A program made the position numbers and the translations under genes. From positions 1 to 39,812 of the forward strand of contig CAVJEY010000004.1 of assembly GCA_963648745.1 (NCBI GenBank): DNA of 39,812 bases, given 5' to 3'. The notes beneath the pieces are model-generated. The model was not told the DNA's origin and searched no databases. It worked only from the letters and a program-made list of their open reading frames with translations. Source of the stretch: Christensenellaceae bacterium Phil1 (lineage in GTDB: Bacteria > Bacillota > Clostridia > Peptostreptococcales > Anaerovoracaceae). Shown piece after piece: positions 1 through 8,528 of this stretch (position 1 is the first letter of the stretch; each line of letters begins with the position of its first letter).

Positions 1-8
1 AATGCTTT

Positions 9-33
9 AAGAGCTCCACATTGAGGAGCTCTT
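9..33 (+). terminator. Inverted repeat AAGAGCTCC-N7-GGAGCTCTT. Possibly the terminator of a gene lying upstream of the window.
   Basis: A 9-bp perfect stem read directly from the sequence. Only a weak T-rich tail (TAGTGCTTTC) follows. Confidence 0.25.
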
Positions 34-99
34 TAGTGCTTTCATGGGTAAAGATTTTGCTACTACAGCATTAGAGGCGATACAAGGAAGGAGAATGTT

Positions 100-501
100 A
101 TGAAACTTTTGTACCCTGCTATATTTACACCTTTTGGTGACAGAGAGGGATATACCGTAGTTGTGCCTGATCTTCCGGGCTGCGTAACTGAGGGAGACAG
201 CCTTATAGATGCTATAGAAATGGGCGTTGATGCCGCAAGCGGCTGGATTCTTGGTGAAGTCGAAGAAGGTAACGGCTTCCCTGCTGCCAGTGACCTGAGA
301 GATATCAACGCAGAAGACGATGACAGCTTTGTAAGTCTTATCGTTCTTGATATGGCTGCTTATGCCAAGCAGTACGGAACTAAGGCTGTAAGGAGGAATA
401 TAACTATTCCCGCATGGCTTGACACCTATGTTCAGAAGAACCGTTTGAGCCTTTCAAAACTAGTGCAGGACAGTTTGCTGAATCTCGCAAGTAAGGCTTA
501 A
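100..501 (+). CDS. hicB: HicB-family antitoxin (type II toxin-antitoxin component)
   Basis: ATG preceded by AAGGAAGGAGA. The N-terminus YPAIFTP..GYTVVVPDLPGCVTEGDSLIDAIEM is typical of the HicB fold. The C-terminal part (RRNITIPAWLDTYV) is RHH-like. Confidence 0.75.
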   Translation: MKLLYPAIFTPFGDREGYTVVVPDLPGCVTEGDSLIDAIEMGVDAASGWILGEVEEGNGFPAASDLRDINAEDDDSFVSLIVLDMAAYAKQYGTKAVRRNITIPAWLDTYVQKNRLSLSKLVQDSLLNLASKA

Positions 502-670
502 ATAAAACAGTATTTTGCGTTATAGGAAAAATATCAGGAATACCTGACAGACTTTTGCATATACCATAATGCACTAAGCCGGTCGGTCAAAAAGAGCCTT
601 GGAACTGTGTTCTGAGACTCTTTCTGCATATAATTCGAGGTGATACACAGAGGAAAAGTTTACTTGTTTA

Positions 671-1645
671 TCATACCTTAATCACAGTGAATCTCCCTGC
701 AAGCTCCTCCGCACCTGCATGAAACCAGCTCATAATATTCCACCAGCTTATTCCTGCCAGACCGTATTCCTCAATCAGAGAAAATTTGGCTTCCATGCTT
801 CTTGCATCCTCAAACCACACCTCATGCTCCGCATTGTCCTCATCGGTATAATGATAGTATGGTGACATGGCATGCTCATCAAACATAATCTCCGCTCCAT
901 AGTCTGCCGCCCTTGTCACCGCCTCATCATTTGTTATTTTTTCTGCCTTTGACTCGCCCTTTACAAACGGCAGCTTCCAGTCATAGCCGTAGTTTGGAAT
1001 TCCCATCAGTATTTTTTCCGGCGGAATTTCAGTCAGTCCGTATTCGACGACTTTTCTTACGGCATCAATGGGTGCGACAGCCATTGGAGGCCCGTATGTA
1101 TAACCCCATTCATATGTCATAAGCAGACATAAATTGGCCGCCTGACCTATCAGCTCATAATCGTGCCCCTGATACAAAAGTCCCTGCTGGTCTGCCGAGG
1201 TCTTGGGCGCAAGCGCAGCCGTAACTATATATCCTTCGGGGTTAAGCCGCCGTCTGGCTTCTGCTATGAGCTTCGCATACTGCTCCCTGTTTTCAGGATA
1301 TACATATTCAAAATCAAAATCCACACCGTACATATTTTTCTGTTCAATGTTGTCTGCAATGTCTTTGAGCAGATTCTCCTGAGCTGCGGGGTTTTCAAGC
1401 AGCGCCTTTGCTCTGTTGTTGCTGAACATTCCCGTTTCGTCCACAGGCGTAAGCACCATCAGTGCTTTCACTCCCGCCTCCGCCGCAGGCGCCCTGAGGG
1501 CGTCATCATCAAGCTGTATAATATGGCCGTCCTCTGCAAAGCCGTAGCTGAAGCAGGATACAAAGGTCAGTGAAGGCAGCCACTCAGAAAGCACCTCCTG
1601 CGATACAGACGGGTATGCATATCCGTTCACAAAAATATCTCTCAT
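671..1645 (-). CDS. Glycoside hydrolase family 18 protein (YaaH/YdhD-like spore peptidoglycan hydrolase type, no LysM domains)
   Basis: GH18 catalytic motif YGVDFDFEYV (DxDxE). I chose the ATG at 1645 because GGGAGG lies 7 nt upstream; the track start at 1663 contains that RBS. Confidence 0.75.
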   Translation of the reverse strand: MRDIFVNGYAYPSVSQEVLSEWLPSLTFVSCFSYGFAEDGHIIQLDDDALRAPAAEAGVKALMVLTPVDETGMFSNNRAKALLENPAAQENLLKDIADNIEQKNMYGVDFDFEYVYPENREQYAKLIAEARRRLNPEGYIVTAALAPKTSADQQGLLYQGHDYELIGQAANLCLLMTYEWGYTYGPPMAVAPIDAVRKVVEYGLTEIPPEKILMGIPNYGYDWKLPFVKGESKAEKITNDEAVTRAADYGAEIMFDEHAMSPYYHYTDEDNAEHEVWFEDARSMEAKFSLIEEYGLAGISWWNIMSWFHAGAEELAGRFTVIKV

Positions 1646-1696
1646 TATAAAACCTCCCTGCATATCATATGCGGGGAGGCTCTGCAGCGCTACAGA

Positions 1697-2338
1697 CTAG
1701 TAGCCCAGATAATCATTTACAAGTATTACATGGATTCTTCCCGTAGAGCAGAATCTTGTCGAAACGGTATAGCAGCAGATGGTATTGCCCTGCGACAGAC
1801 AGTTGCCGCATTTACCGGTTACTGCGCATGGAGTTTTTTTGTCAAGTCTTGTGCAGTTTGGAGGACAGGCATCGGTTTTGATTCTGGCAACAGCCTCGTC
1901 TTCACTGCCCACTATCTTGTTGACTCCCGCAACAAGCACCACTTTTTCGGGTCCGTAGCAGAGTGCTGCAACTCTGTTGCCTGTGCCGTCGATGTTAACA
2001 AGTATACCATCCATTGTAACGGCATTTGAGCTCATAAAATATACATTGGTGGTAAGAGTTCTGACTCTCTCCGCAAACATATCGTCCGGATCCGTATACT
2101 TAAACGGATCAACCCAGTCCACGTTCATAACTGCAAGTCTGTCTTTTAATCCTATCTGTCCAAGAGTCACAGAACCGCCGCAGGCAACCTTGTCCCCTTC
2201 GTTTATAAAGCTGAGGGCAAGTCCCAATGCCTCCTCTGTGTTGTCGCAGTAATATCCCTTCATGCCTCTTTTTTCGAGGGCTTTAATTACAGTTTCAGCC
2301 TTGACCCTGTTCGCTTTTTTTATATTTTCGTCAAACAT
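1697..2338 (-). CDS. LUD-domain (DUF162, LutC/YkgG-like) lactate-utilisation family protein with a Cys-rich C-terminus
   Basis: 213-aa ORF with an ATG start and AAAGGAACAGG upstream. Family recognised from the N-terminal KALEKRGM..YY and the NxDGTGNR core. Confidence 0.6.
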   Translation of the reverse strand: MFDENIKKANRVKAETVIKALEKRGMKGYYCDNTEEALGLALSFINEGDKVACGGSVTLGQIGLKDRLAVMNVDWVDPFKYTDPDDMFAERVRTLTTNVYFMSSNAVTMDGILVNIDGTGNRVAALCYGPEKVVLVAGVNKIVGSEDEAVARIKTDACPPNCTRLDKKTPCAVTGKCGNCLSQGNTICCYTVSTRFCSTGRIHVILVNDYLGY

Positions 2339-2464
2339 ATTATCCTGTTCCTTTCTGTAGTTATTCTATAACAATTATATCACTGTCCTGCCTCTGTTAT
2401 CAACAGGCTGCAGCTTGTACCTTCAAAAAAACATGATTTTTTGTTAATTTTTTATCATTTTCTG

Positions 2465-2493
2465 TTGCTTTTTCACACGCTATGGCTTATAAT
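2465..2493 (+). promoter_or_regulatory. Candidate sigma-A promoter: -35 TTGCTT, 17-nt spacer, -10 TATAAT
   Basis: Hexamers read at 2465-2470 and 2488-2493. No plus-strand ORF follows for about 330 nt. Confidence 0.4.
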
Positions 2494-2604
2494 AGACTCA
2501 TTGCTTGACTAAATTTTAACGATTTTATATTTTGAACAATTGTAAAAAACCACAAATATATTTTATCGTTAACATTTCGACATTTACAGCAATCGCTTGT
2601 TCAG

Positions 2605-2645
2605 GAAGCTTACCTGTTCACGTATTTTTCGGAGAAGCTTACCTG
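2605..2645 (+). repeat. Two copies of the 12-mer GAAGCTTACCTG (2605-2616 and 2634-2645)
   Basis: Perfect direct repeat seen in the sequence, inside the non-coding region upstream of spoIID. Confidence 0.8.
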
Positions 2646-2754
2646 AAATGCACAAAATTATTTCTGCAGTGAACATATGATACTCCCGCGCCTGCCGGCT
2701 TGCGGAGCACAGGTTCAGACAATGCAGATAAAATTTGATTTTCAAACCTCACTT

Positions 2755-2783
2755 AAAGGCATTTCTTCGGAGATGCCTTTTTT
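2755..2783 (+). terminator. Intrinsic-terminator-like hairpin: 11-bp stem with one G-U pair, UUCG tetraloop, U6 tract
   Basis: AAAGGCATTTC-TTCG-GAGATGCCTTT followed by TTT. It lies 40 nt upstream of the spoIID ATG, with no upstream plus-strand gene to terminate. Confidence 0.6.
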
Positions 2784-2822
2784 CCTGCCATAAATCAGGC
2801 TCTGTGTGCATAATATATATCT

Positions 2823-3854
2823 ATGAAACGCACAACAGGAAGAAAACGAAAACCACATATTAAAAGCCCGGCTGCCTGCCTTAAATACCCTGCAGCGCTT
2901 CTGGCTGCCGCATTTATACTGTTTGCAGGATTTCCCTACATATTCAGCAGCATATTTACCGTGCCGTCCGTCACTGAAAAATCGGAGGCCACGCCTGATT
3001 ATCTGATTGATATGCCCGAAACTGTAAAAGTATATCGCACGCTTACAGGCAAAACTGAAACCGTTGATTTCGAGGAATATGTCAAAGGCGTGGTTGCAGG
3101 CGAGGTGCCGCACACATTCAAAAAAGAAGCAATGAAAGCTCAGGCGGTTGCCGCAAGGACATATTCGGTCGCAAAAATTACGGCTGGCAATTCATCTGAT
3201 CATCCTTCCGCGCCCGTATGCGATACAACTCACTGTCAGGTATACAGAGACAGCGAGGAACTGAAAAATCTGAAAGGCAGTGAGTGGATTAAAAAAAGCT
3301 ACACTAAAATATGCAGTGCTGTAGAAGCCACTGAAGGTCAGATCATGTACTACGACGGCAGGCCTGTAAAGCATGCCCTTTTTCATTCCTCCAGCGGCGG
3401 ACGCACCGAAAACTGTGAGGATGTGTTTGTATCTGCAGTGCCCTATCTTGTCAGTGTGAAAAGTCCTTATGAGGACGATGCGACTCACAAAAAAGAAACA
3501 GCCAGCTTCAGCTATGCAAAACTGAAAAGCCTGATAGCCGCATCATATCCTGCTGTTTCAACCGGTGCTGTAAATAAAAATAACGTTAAAATTATATCAA
3601 ACAACGAGGGCGGCAGCGTAGCCAAAATGCAGATAGGAGATGCCGTGCTTTCGGGTGTTGAAGTCAGGACTGCGCTGGGTCTTTTTTCGGCAACCTTCAC
3701 TGTATCTGCAAACGATAAAAACGCAGTGTTTACTTCCACAGGCAGCGGTCACGGCGTAGGTCTCAGCCAGTACGGAGCCAACGGCATGGCAAAAGAGGGC
3801 TATGACTACAAACAGATATTAAAACACTATTATACAGGTGTTGAGGTATATTAA
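2823..3854 (+). CDS. spoIID: Stage II sporulation protein D (SpoIID/LytB lytic transglycosylase)
   Basis: N-terminal TM segment. SpoIID signatures AMKAQAVAARTY, HSSSGGRTE and GHGVGLSQYGANGMA. Confidence 0.9.
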   Translation: MKRTTGRKRKPHIKSPAACLKYPAALLAAAFILFAGFPYIFSSIFTVPSVTEKSEATPDYLIDMPETVKVYRTLTGKTETVDFEEYVKGVVAGEVPHTFKKEAMKAQAVAARTYSVAKITAGNSSDHPSAPVCDTTHCQVYRDSEELKNLKGSEWIKKSYTKICSAVEATEGQIMYYDGRPVKHALFHSSSGGRTENCEDVFVSAVPYLVSVKSPYEDDATHKKETASFSYAKLKSLIAASYPAVSTGAVNKNNVKIISNNEGGSVAKMQIGDAVLSGVEVRTALGLFSATFTVSANDKNAVFTSTGSGHGVGLSQYGANGMAKEGYDYKQILKHYYTGVEVY

Positions 3855-3880
3855 AGGCTCTCTCGCGAGAGCCTCTTTAT
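3855..3880 (+). terminator. Rho-independent terminator of spoIID
   Basis: AGGCTCTC-TCGC-GAGAGCCT followed by CTTTATT, immediately after the stop codon. Confidence 0.6.
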
Positions 3881-3936
3881 TCGTTTCAGCGGCCTCATCT
3901 CATCAGTGTTAATCTGTTCTTTTGCAGCCGTAAATA

Positions 3937-3965
3937 TTGACAGTTTGTTGTATCGGTGTTACACT
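3937..3965 (+). promoter_or_regulatory. Candidate sigma-A promoter: -35 TTGACA, 17-nt spacer, -10 TACACT
   Basis: Hexamers read directly, about 40 nt upstream of the 4005 ATG. Confidence 0.4.
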
Positions 3966-4004
3966 CGTGGCAATAAGGTCGGTTGAAGGGAGAATGATAT
4001 AATA

Positions 4005-4937
4005 ATGTTTGTATCAGTAAATGTAATGCTTTTTGTATATGTGGCGGCTTTATGCGCAGGCATGATTCAGATCACATTGAACGCTCTTATAGTCACAAAA
4101 ATTCATTCCGTAACATACAGCCGGAGCCTTACTCTCAATATAATTTTTTTCTTTTACATGACTATAAATTTCCTGCTGTTTTTCTGCAGGCAGTTTGCAC
4201 AATTAAAGGTCGTCAGCAGTTCTCTGATTATTATTTTTGATTTACTGTATGCTTTACTTGTATGGGCATGGACAAGATACAGCTTTTCACTCACAGGCAA
4301 AGAGCCCGGATGGTTAATAAAATACGTTGCACCCGCAGTATGCGGTACCTACTTTATATGCTGGACAGTAACTGATTTTTTCTTTATGGCTGACAACCAG
4401 ATAGACATCTCATTGGCAGGTAAAACAGTAACAGCCTTCGGCGAAGTAATAATTCTGGTCATGCTCATAGAAATCACATGGTACAGCTATATACATATAA
4501 AGGGCAAAAGAGGTTATGCCCTCTGCCTGAATATCATAATGACTCTGTATTTTCTATACTACTTTGTATATGATCTGGACTGCATATTCAGATTTATCGG
4601 TCCGAAAAACTGGCCCGGATATCCTTTTGATCTGCTGCTTCCGGTATATATCATATTTAATGTCATATGCATTATTTCAAATTATGCAAGTCTCTGGAAA
4701 AGAAACGAGCTTTACAGCAAAGATGCAATAGAAGAATTACTGGAAGCCTTAGACCCCGACAACAGACTTACAGCCCGTGAAAAAGAAGTTCTTATTCTTA
4801 TGATACAGGGCAAAACCAACAATCAGATAGCTGAAGAGCTGGTTATCTCGATTTATACCGTCAAAAGGCATACCAATAACATCTTCAAAAAAACAGAAGT
4901 CAGCAGTCGTGCAGAGTTAAATGCATTACTGCACTGA
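4005..4937 (+). CDS. Polytopic membrane protein with a C-terminal LuxR/GerE-type HTH (membrane-anchored LuxR-family regulator)
   Basis: About 240 aa of hydrophobic segments, followed by LTAREKEVLILMIQGKTNNQIAEELVISIYTVKRHTNNIFKK (the LuxR HTH signature). Confidence 0.8.
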   Translation: MFVSVNVMLFVYVAALCAGMIQITLNALIVTKIHSVTYSRSLTLNIIFFFYMTINFLLFFCRQFAQLKVVSSSLIIIFDLLYALLVWAWTRYSFSLTGKEPGWLIKYVAPAVCGTYFICWTVTDFFFMADNQIDISLAGKTVTAFGEVIILVMLIEITWYSYIHIKGKRGYALCLNIIMTLYFLYYFVYDLDCIFRFIGPKNWPGYPFDLLLPVYIIFNVICIISNYASLWKRNELYSKDAIEELLEALDPDNRLTAREKEVLILMIQGKTNNQIAEELVISIYTVKRHTNNIFKKTEVSSRAELNALLH

Positions 4938-4943
4938 GTCTGA

Positions 4944-4971
4944 ATTGCCGGCCCTGCCGGTAATTTTTTTT
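4944..4971 (+). terminator. Rho-independent terminator
   Basis: ATTGCCGGC-CCT-GCCGGTAAT (9-bp stem with one G-U pair) followed by T8. Confidence 0.65.
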
Positions 4972-5124
4972 ATACAATGCCTCAGATATTCCCGTAACCC
5001 CTGTATAGCACCCGGTGCTATATGCAGAATGGTTCCGGAAGTGGAATTGTTTTATTCAGATTGTTTTGTTTAATATAGAAAAAACAGAAAATTTACAACC
5101 ATTTGTGAAAGGAGTAATCTGAAA

Positions 5125-6743
5125 ATGAAACAACTGAAAAACATGAAATGGCTAATCGCAGCTTTAGTACTGACATTATCTATATGTTTTGCTTTGACCG
5201 GCTGCGGCAGCGGCGATTCCTCTGAAAACGGGGCATCAGTAACAACAAAATATGGTACATATGTTGGCGTAGACAATGACAACGGGGTAAAATCATTCAA
5301 AGGCATCCCGTATGCCAGGCAGCCTGTAGGTGATCTGAGATGGAAAGAGGCCCAGCCCCTGGAAGAAAGCAGTGAAACTATAGACTGCAGTGAATATGGC
5401 AACACTCCGATCCAGGTAAAGGATGAGTTTGAAGGAGCATCACTTACACCTCAGGGTGAGGATTGCCTGACAGTAAATGAAAAGATACAGAAGCAAAGAA
5501 ACCGGTTATGGTCTGGATTTACGGTGGCGGCAATACCAACGGCGGAACAGCAGATCCAATGTATGACTGTATGAATCTGGCCGAAAACAATGATGTGGTT
5601 ATGGCTTCCTTCAACTACAGAGTCGGTGTGTTCGGTTTTCTTGATCTTTCTGAAATAGGCGGCAAGGACTATGAATATTCCCGCAACCTCGGAGTGCTGG
5701 ATCAGATTGCTGCTCTGAAGTGGATAAAGGAAAACATTGCATCTTTTGGCGGAGATCCTGAAAACATTACTGTATTCGGCGAGTCCGCAGGCGGATCCGC
5801 TATCATGCGTCTTATGTCAACAGAAAAAACGGACGGTCTTTTCCAGAAAGCTATAATTCAGAGCGGAGGCCCTGCAAACATTCTTCATATGGGCGAAACT
5901 CCAGCCGATGAGGTTGCTTCAAGCAAATATGTTGCAAAGCAGTTCATGGAAATCACAGGAGCAGAGAATCTTGACGAGCTGCTGGCAATGTCTGCAGAGG
6001 ATATTCAGAAGTACAGCGAACAGCTGTCCGATGAAATCGGTGACGACCTTGATGTTGCGACATGGGGCTGCATTGCAGACGGTTATGCATTCTCAGAAAA
6101 TGTATTTGACAGCATTGCAGACGGCGCAGGTTCAGGCGTTGATATTATGATTGGTACCAACAAAAACGAACTTAACTATTTCTATCTCTACGATGAGAAT
6201 CTTGACAAGAGTATGGAAGAAGAATTCCCGGAAGGTACAACTCTGGGTAAAGATTTCAGTAAGAATCAGGAAGCGGCAGAAAAATATATTGAACATCTCG
6301 GAGATGATCCGGAAAAGTATATAAAATTCGGCAGTGAATACTGGATTATTCAGCCGTCACATATCTTTGCAGACCTTCAGACACAGTACAGCAATGTATA
6401 CGTGTACGAATGGGACTGGAACTCTCAGATTGATAAACTCAAGGCTGCACATGCGACAGAGCTTGCATTTGTATTTGGAAACTTCGATACAGATGAAGCC
6501 AGAAGGTATAACGGGGAAAACCTGTCCGAAGAATTTTCAAAACAGGTTCAGTCGGCATGGGTTAACTTCGCAACCAGCGGCAATCCTTCAGTAGAGGGTG
6601 TATGCGACTGGCCGAAATATGAGCTCGACAAGCGCATGGTTATGACTATCGACGAAGACAAATGGGAAGCAGTAAGCGATCCTGATAAAGACGGCCGTGA
6701 ATATCTGAGAGATATGCATGACGTCAAGGCTCCTGCAAAATAA
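5125..6743 (+). pseudogene. Type-B carboxylesterase/lipase family lipoprotein, interrupted by a -1 frameshift near 5480-5483
   Basis: ORF 5125-5574 carries a signal peptide and lipobox (LTGC) and the EDCLTVN motif. ORF 5508-6743 continues in another frame with KPVMVWIYGGG (readable upstream of its ATG) and the nucleophile motif GESAGG. The frames switch at a GAAAAG A4 run. Confidence 0.7.
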
Positions 6744-6758
6744 CTTCCCTGTACATTT

Positions 6759-6784
6759 AAAGGCTCTCCTGTACGAGAGCCTTT
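6759..6784. terminator. Bidirectional terminator hairpin between the convergent esterase and rubrerythrin genes
   Basis: AAAGGCTCTC-CTGTAC-GAGAGCCTTT, a 10-bp stem flanked by A/T runs on both sides. Confidence 0.6.
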
Positions 6785-6802
6785 AAAATCATCCTGATCG
6801 TC

Positions 6803-7336
6803 CTAGTAATTTTCTTTTCTTACTTCAAAGAAGCTCTGAGGATGGCTGCATACAGGACATACTTTCGGCGCGTCTTTGGAGCTTACCAGATGTCCGCAGT
6901 TTCTGCATTCCCAAAGGGTTTCTTCTTTTTTCTCAAATACTGCAGTTTCTCTGACATTTGCAAGAAGCGCGCGATATCTTTCTTCATGAGCTTTTTCGAT
7001 AGCCGCAACAGCTCTGAATTTATATGCAAGCTCTTTGAAGCCTTCTTCCTCCGCCTCTTTTGCAAAGGTGTCGTACATATCGGTCCATTCGTAGTTTTCG
7101 CCCTCTGCCGCTGCCAGAAGATTACCTGCCGTATCTCCCAGCTCGCCTAAAGCCTTAAACCACATTTTTGCGTGTTCTTTTTCGTTTTCGGCTGTCTTTA
7201 GAAACAGCTCCGCAATCTGTTCATAGCCTTCTTTTTTGGCGATGCCTGCAAAGTATGTATATTTGTTTCTTGCCTGTGACTCTCCTGCAAACGCTGTCTG
7301 CAGATTTTTTTCTGTTTTTGTTCCCTTTAATTCCAT
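6803..7336 (-). CDS. rbr: Rubrerythrin
   Basis: Ferritin-like diiron ExxH motifs ([19 protein letters not shown]) plus a C-terminal rubredoxin-type CxxC..CxxC (CRNCGH..CPVCSHP). The ATG at 7336 has AAGGAGA 7 nt upstream, so the track start at 7375 was rejected. Confidence 0.9.
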   Translation of the reverse strand: MELKGTKTEKNLQTAFAGESQARNKYTYFAGIAKKEGYEQIAELFLKTAENEKEHAKMWFKALGELGDTAGNLLAAAEGENYEWTDMYDTFAKEAEEEGFKELAYKFRAVAAIEKAHEERYRALLANVRETAVFEKKEETLWECRNCGHLVSSKDAPKVCPVCSHPQSFFEVRKENY

Positions 7337-7362
7337 TGCTATTTCTCCTTTTCTAAACCTGA

Positions 7363-7734
7363 CTATGCTTTCCATAATCCATGCAGATTGCAGTATTCGT
7401 ATACGGAAACGACCTCATCATCAGGGGTTACTGCAAATTCAGCCACGGGTTTCTGCCCCGGAGCAAGAATTTTTCTCTGGTTACCCTGCTTTGTTTCAAG
7501 CGCTATCCACTGAATATAGTGTTCTTCCAGCATAGGATGCTCTGCCGAACCTACGGTTACTGTAACCTTACCGTCTTTAACCTCATATACAGGTATGTGT
7601 TTTTCGCCTGCCGCATCGGTTGTGTTTGGAATCAGCTCCTCCATCTTCTGTCCGCAGCACATTACAGGCACTCCCCTGTTTTCTACAAAAGCTATAATAT
7701 TTCCGCAGTGTGAACATTTATAGAATTTCATCAT
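7363..7734 (-). CDS. dfx: Desulfoferrodoxin (2Fe superoxide reductase)
   Basis: Center I CxxC..CC (CSHCGN..MCCG). Center II ligand context ([25 protein letters not shown]). The ATG at 7734 is preceded by GGGAGG. Confidence 0.9.
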   Translation of the reverse strand: MMKFYKCSHCGNIIAFVENRGVPVMCCGQKMEELIPNTTDAAGEKHIPVYEVKDGKVTVTVGSAEHPMLEEHYIQWIALETKQGNQRKILAPGQKPVAEFAVTPDDEVVSVYEYCNLHGLWKA

Positions 7735-7783
7735 ATCATTTACCTCCCTGTAAATCACATCAATCTTTAATGTATTCATATAT

Positions 7784-7820
7784 TAGCATATGTTTTTTAA
7801 TTTTTCTGTTGCATATGCTA
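7784..7820. promoter_or_regulatory. Perfect 9-bp inverted repeat TAGCATATG-N19-CATATGCTA in the dfx/crp divergent intergenic region
   Basis: Read directly from the sequence. Candidate operator or hairpin. Confidence 0.35.
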
Positions 7821-7832
7821 CAGTTTTGCGAT

Positions 7833-7845
7833 ATATTATTAATAT
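7833..7845. promoter_or_regulatory. 13-bp perfect palindrome ATATTATTAATAT (PerR/Fur-box-like 6-1-6 element)
   Basis: Read directly. It lies between dfx/rbr and the Crp/Fnr gene. AT-rich palindromes can arise by chance. Confidence 0.3.
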
Positions 7846-7882
7846 GTTATATTCCCTGCAGATAATATTCAGGAGGTGATTT

Positions 7883-8512
7883 ATGAAATTTTTTGACGGT
7901 GTTTCTGTTGAGGATGTCAGGAGAATGATTGAATGCTTTGACACAGCACCTAAAAAATACAGACCCGGCGAAACCATAACAGAGCTTTCATATCAGCTGT
8001 CATCAATAGGTCTTGTGCTGTCGGGCAAAGCTCATCTTTACTGCATAGACTATGAAGGCAATGCGCAGACTATAGAATATTTCAAAAAAGATGATGTTTT
8101 CGGGGAGCTTTTCTGCCTGCCGGCAGGTACACTTGAATATATTGTCGAGGCTGACAGAGACTGCGAGGTTATGTTTATCCCCTACTCCACAATAACCTCA
8201 CCCTGCAGCAATCTGTGCAGCTGCCATATAGAGGTGATTCGCAATCTGTTCCTTATGGCCGCCAGAAAATCACAGGAGCTCGCCCTCAGGATAAGCTTCA
8301 TATCCAGAAAAACCACAAGGTCAAAGCTTATGACATATTTTGAATATATGTCCGATATGGCAGGCAGCAGCACTTTTGAAACTCATGTTTCACTATCAAA
8401 ACTGGCAGATTATCTGTGTGTTGACCGTACCAGCCTGATGCGTGAGCTGCGCCACCTCAAAGAAGAGGGAATTATAGATTCGGACAGGAGAAAAATAAGG
8501 CTGCTGCAGTAG
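7883..8512 (+). CDS. Crp/Fnr-family transcriptional regulator
   Basis: cNMP-binding-like N-terminal domain (FGELF) and a C-terminal HTH (SLSKLADYLCVDRTSLMRELRHLKEEGII). RBS is AGGAGGTGA. Confidence 0.85.
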   Translation: MKFFDGVSVEDVRRMIECFDTAPKKYRPGETITELSYQLSSIGLVLSGKAHLYCIDYEGNAQTIEYFKKDDVFGELFCLPAGTLEYIVEADRDCEVMFIPYSTITSPCSNLCSCHIEVIRNLFLMAARKSQELALRISFISRKTTRSKLMTYFEYMSDMAGSSTFETHVSLSKLADYLCVDRTSLMRELRHLKEEGIIDSDRRKIRLLQ

Positions 8513-8528
8513 CAAAGGAGGCTGACAC

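Noticed and set aside
1-99. A HicA toxin gene upstream of hicB.
   Set aside because: All three plus-strand frames hit stop codons within the first 86 nt, and none of the short translations resembles a HicA C-terminus. Whether HicA lies further upstream cannot be decided from this window.
63-308. An 81-aa minus-strand ORF overlapping hicB.
   Set aside because: It is antisense to a well-supported HicB CDS, has a Ser/Pro-rich low-complexity translation, and has no RBS.
2679-2795. A 38-codon plus-strand ORF (MILPRLPACGAQ..) spanning the terminator hairpin upstream of spoIID.
   Set aside because: It has no Shine-Dalgarno sequence, it runs through the terminator stem, and the peptide has no recognisable features.
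3855-3874. The spoIID terminator (3855-3874) and the esterase/rbr terminator (6759-6784) share AAAGGCTCTC..GAGAGCCT, which suggested a repeat family.
   Set aside because: Only the short stem arms match and the loops differ. Two occurrences of a GC-rich terminator stem are insufficient to call a REP-like element.
5508-6743. The 411-aa ORF treated as an independent, N-terminally truncated esterase gene starting at ATG 5508.
   Set aside because: The frame remains open and encodes conserved esterase sequence (KDTEAKKPV) upstream of that ATG. There is no RBS, and the signal peptide, lipobox and EDCL region are in the upstream ORF, so a frameshifted single gene explains it better.
7337-7375. N-terminal extensions in the ORF track: rbr to 7375, dfx to 7779, GH18 to 1663, jetC to 27293, sulfotransferase to 19504, XRE-Dfx to 10324.
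   Set aside because: In each case a downstream ATG has a strong Shine-Dalgarno sequence at proper spacing and gives the family-typical N-terminus. Several of the track starts are TTG or GTG codons, or overlap the RBS itself.
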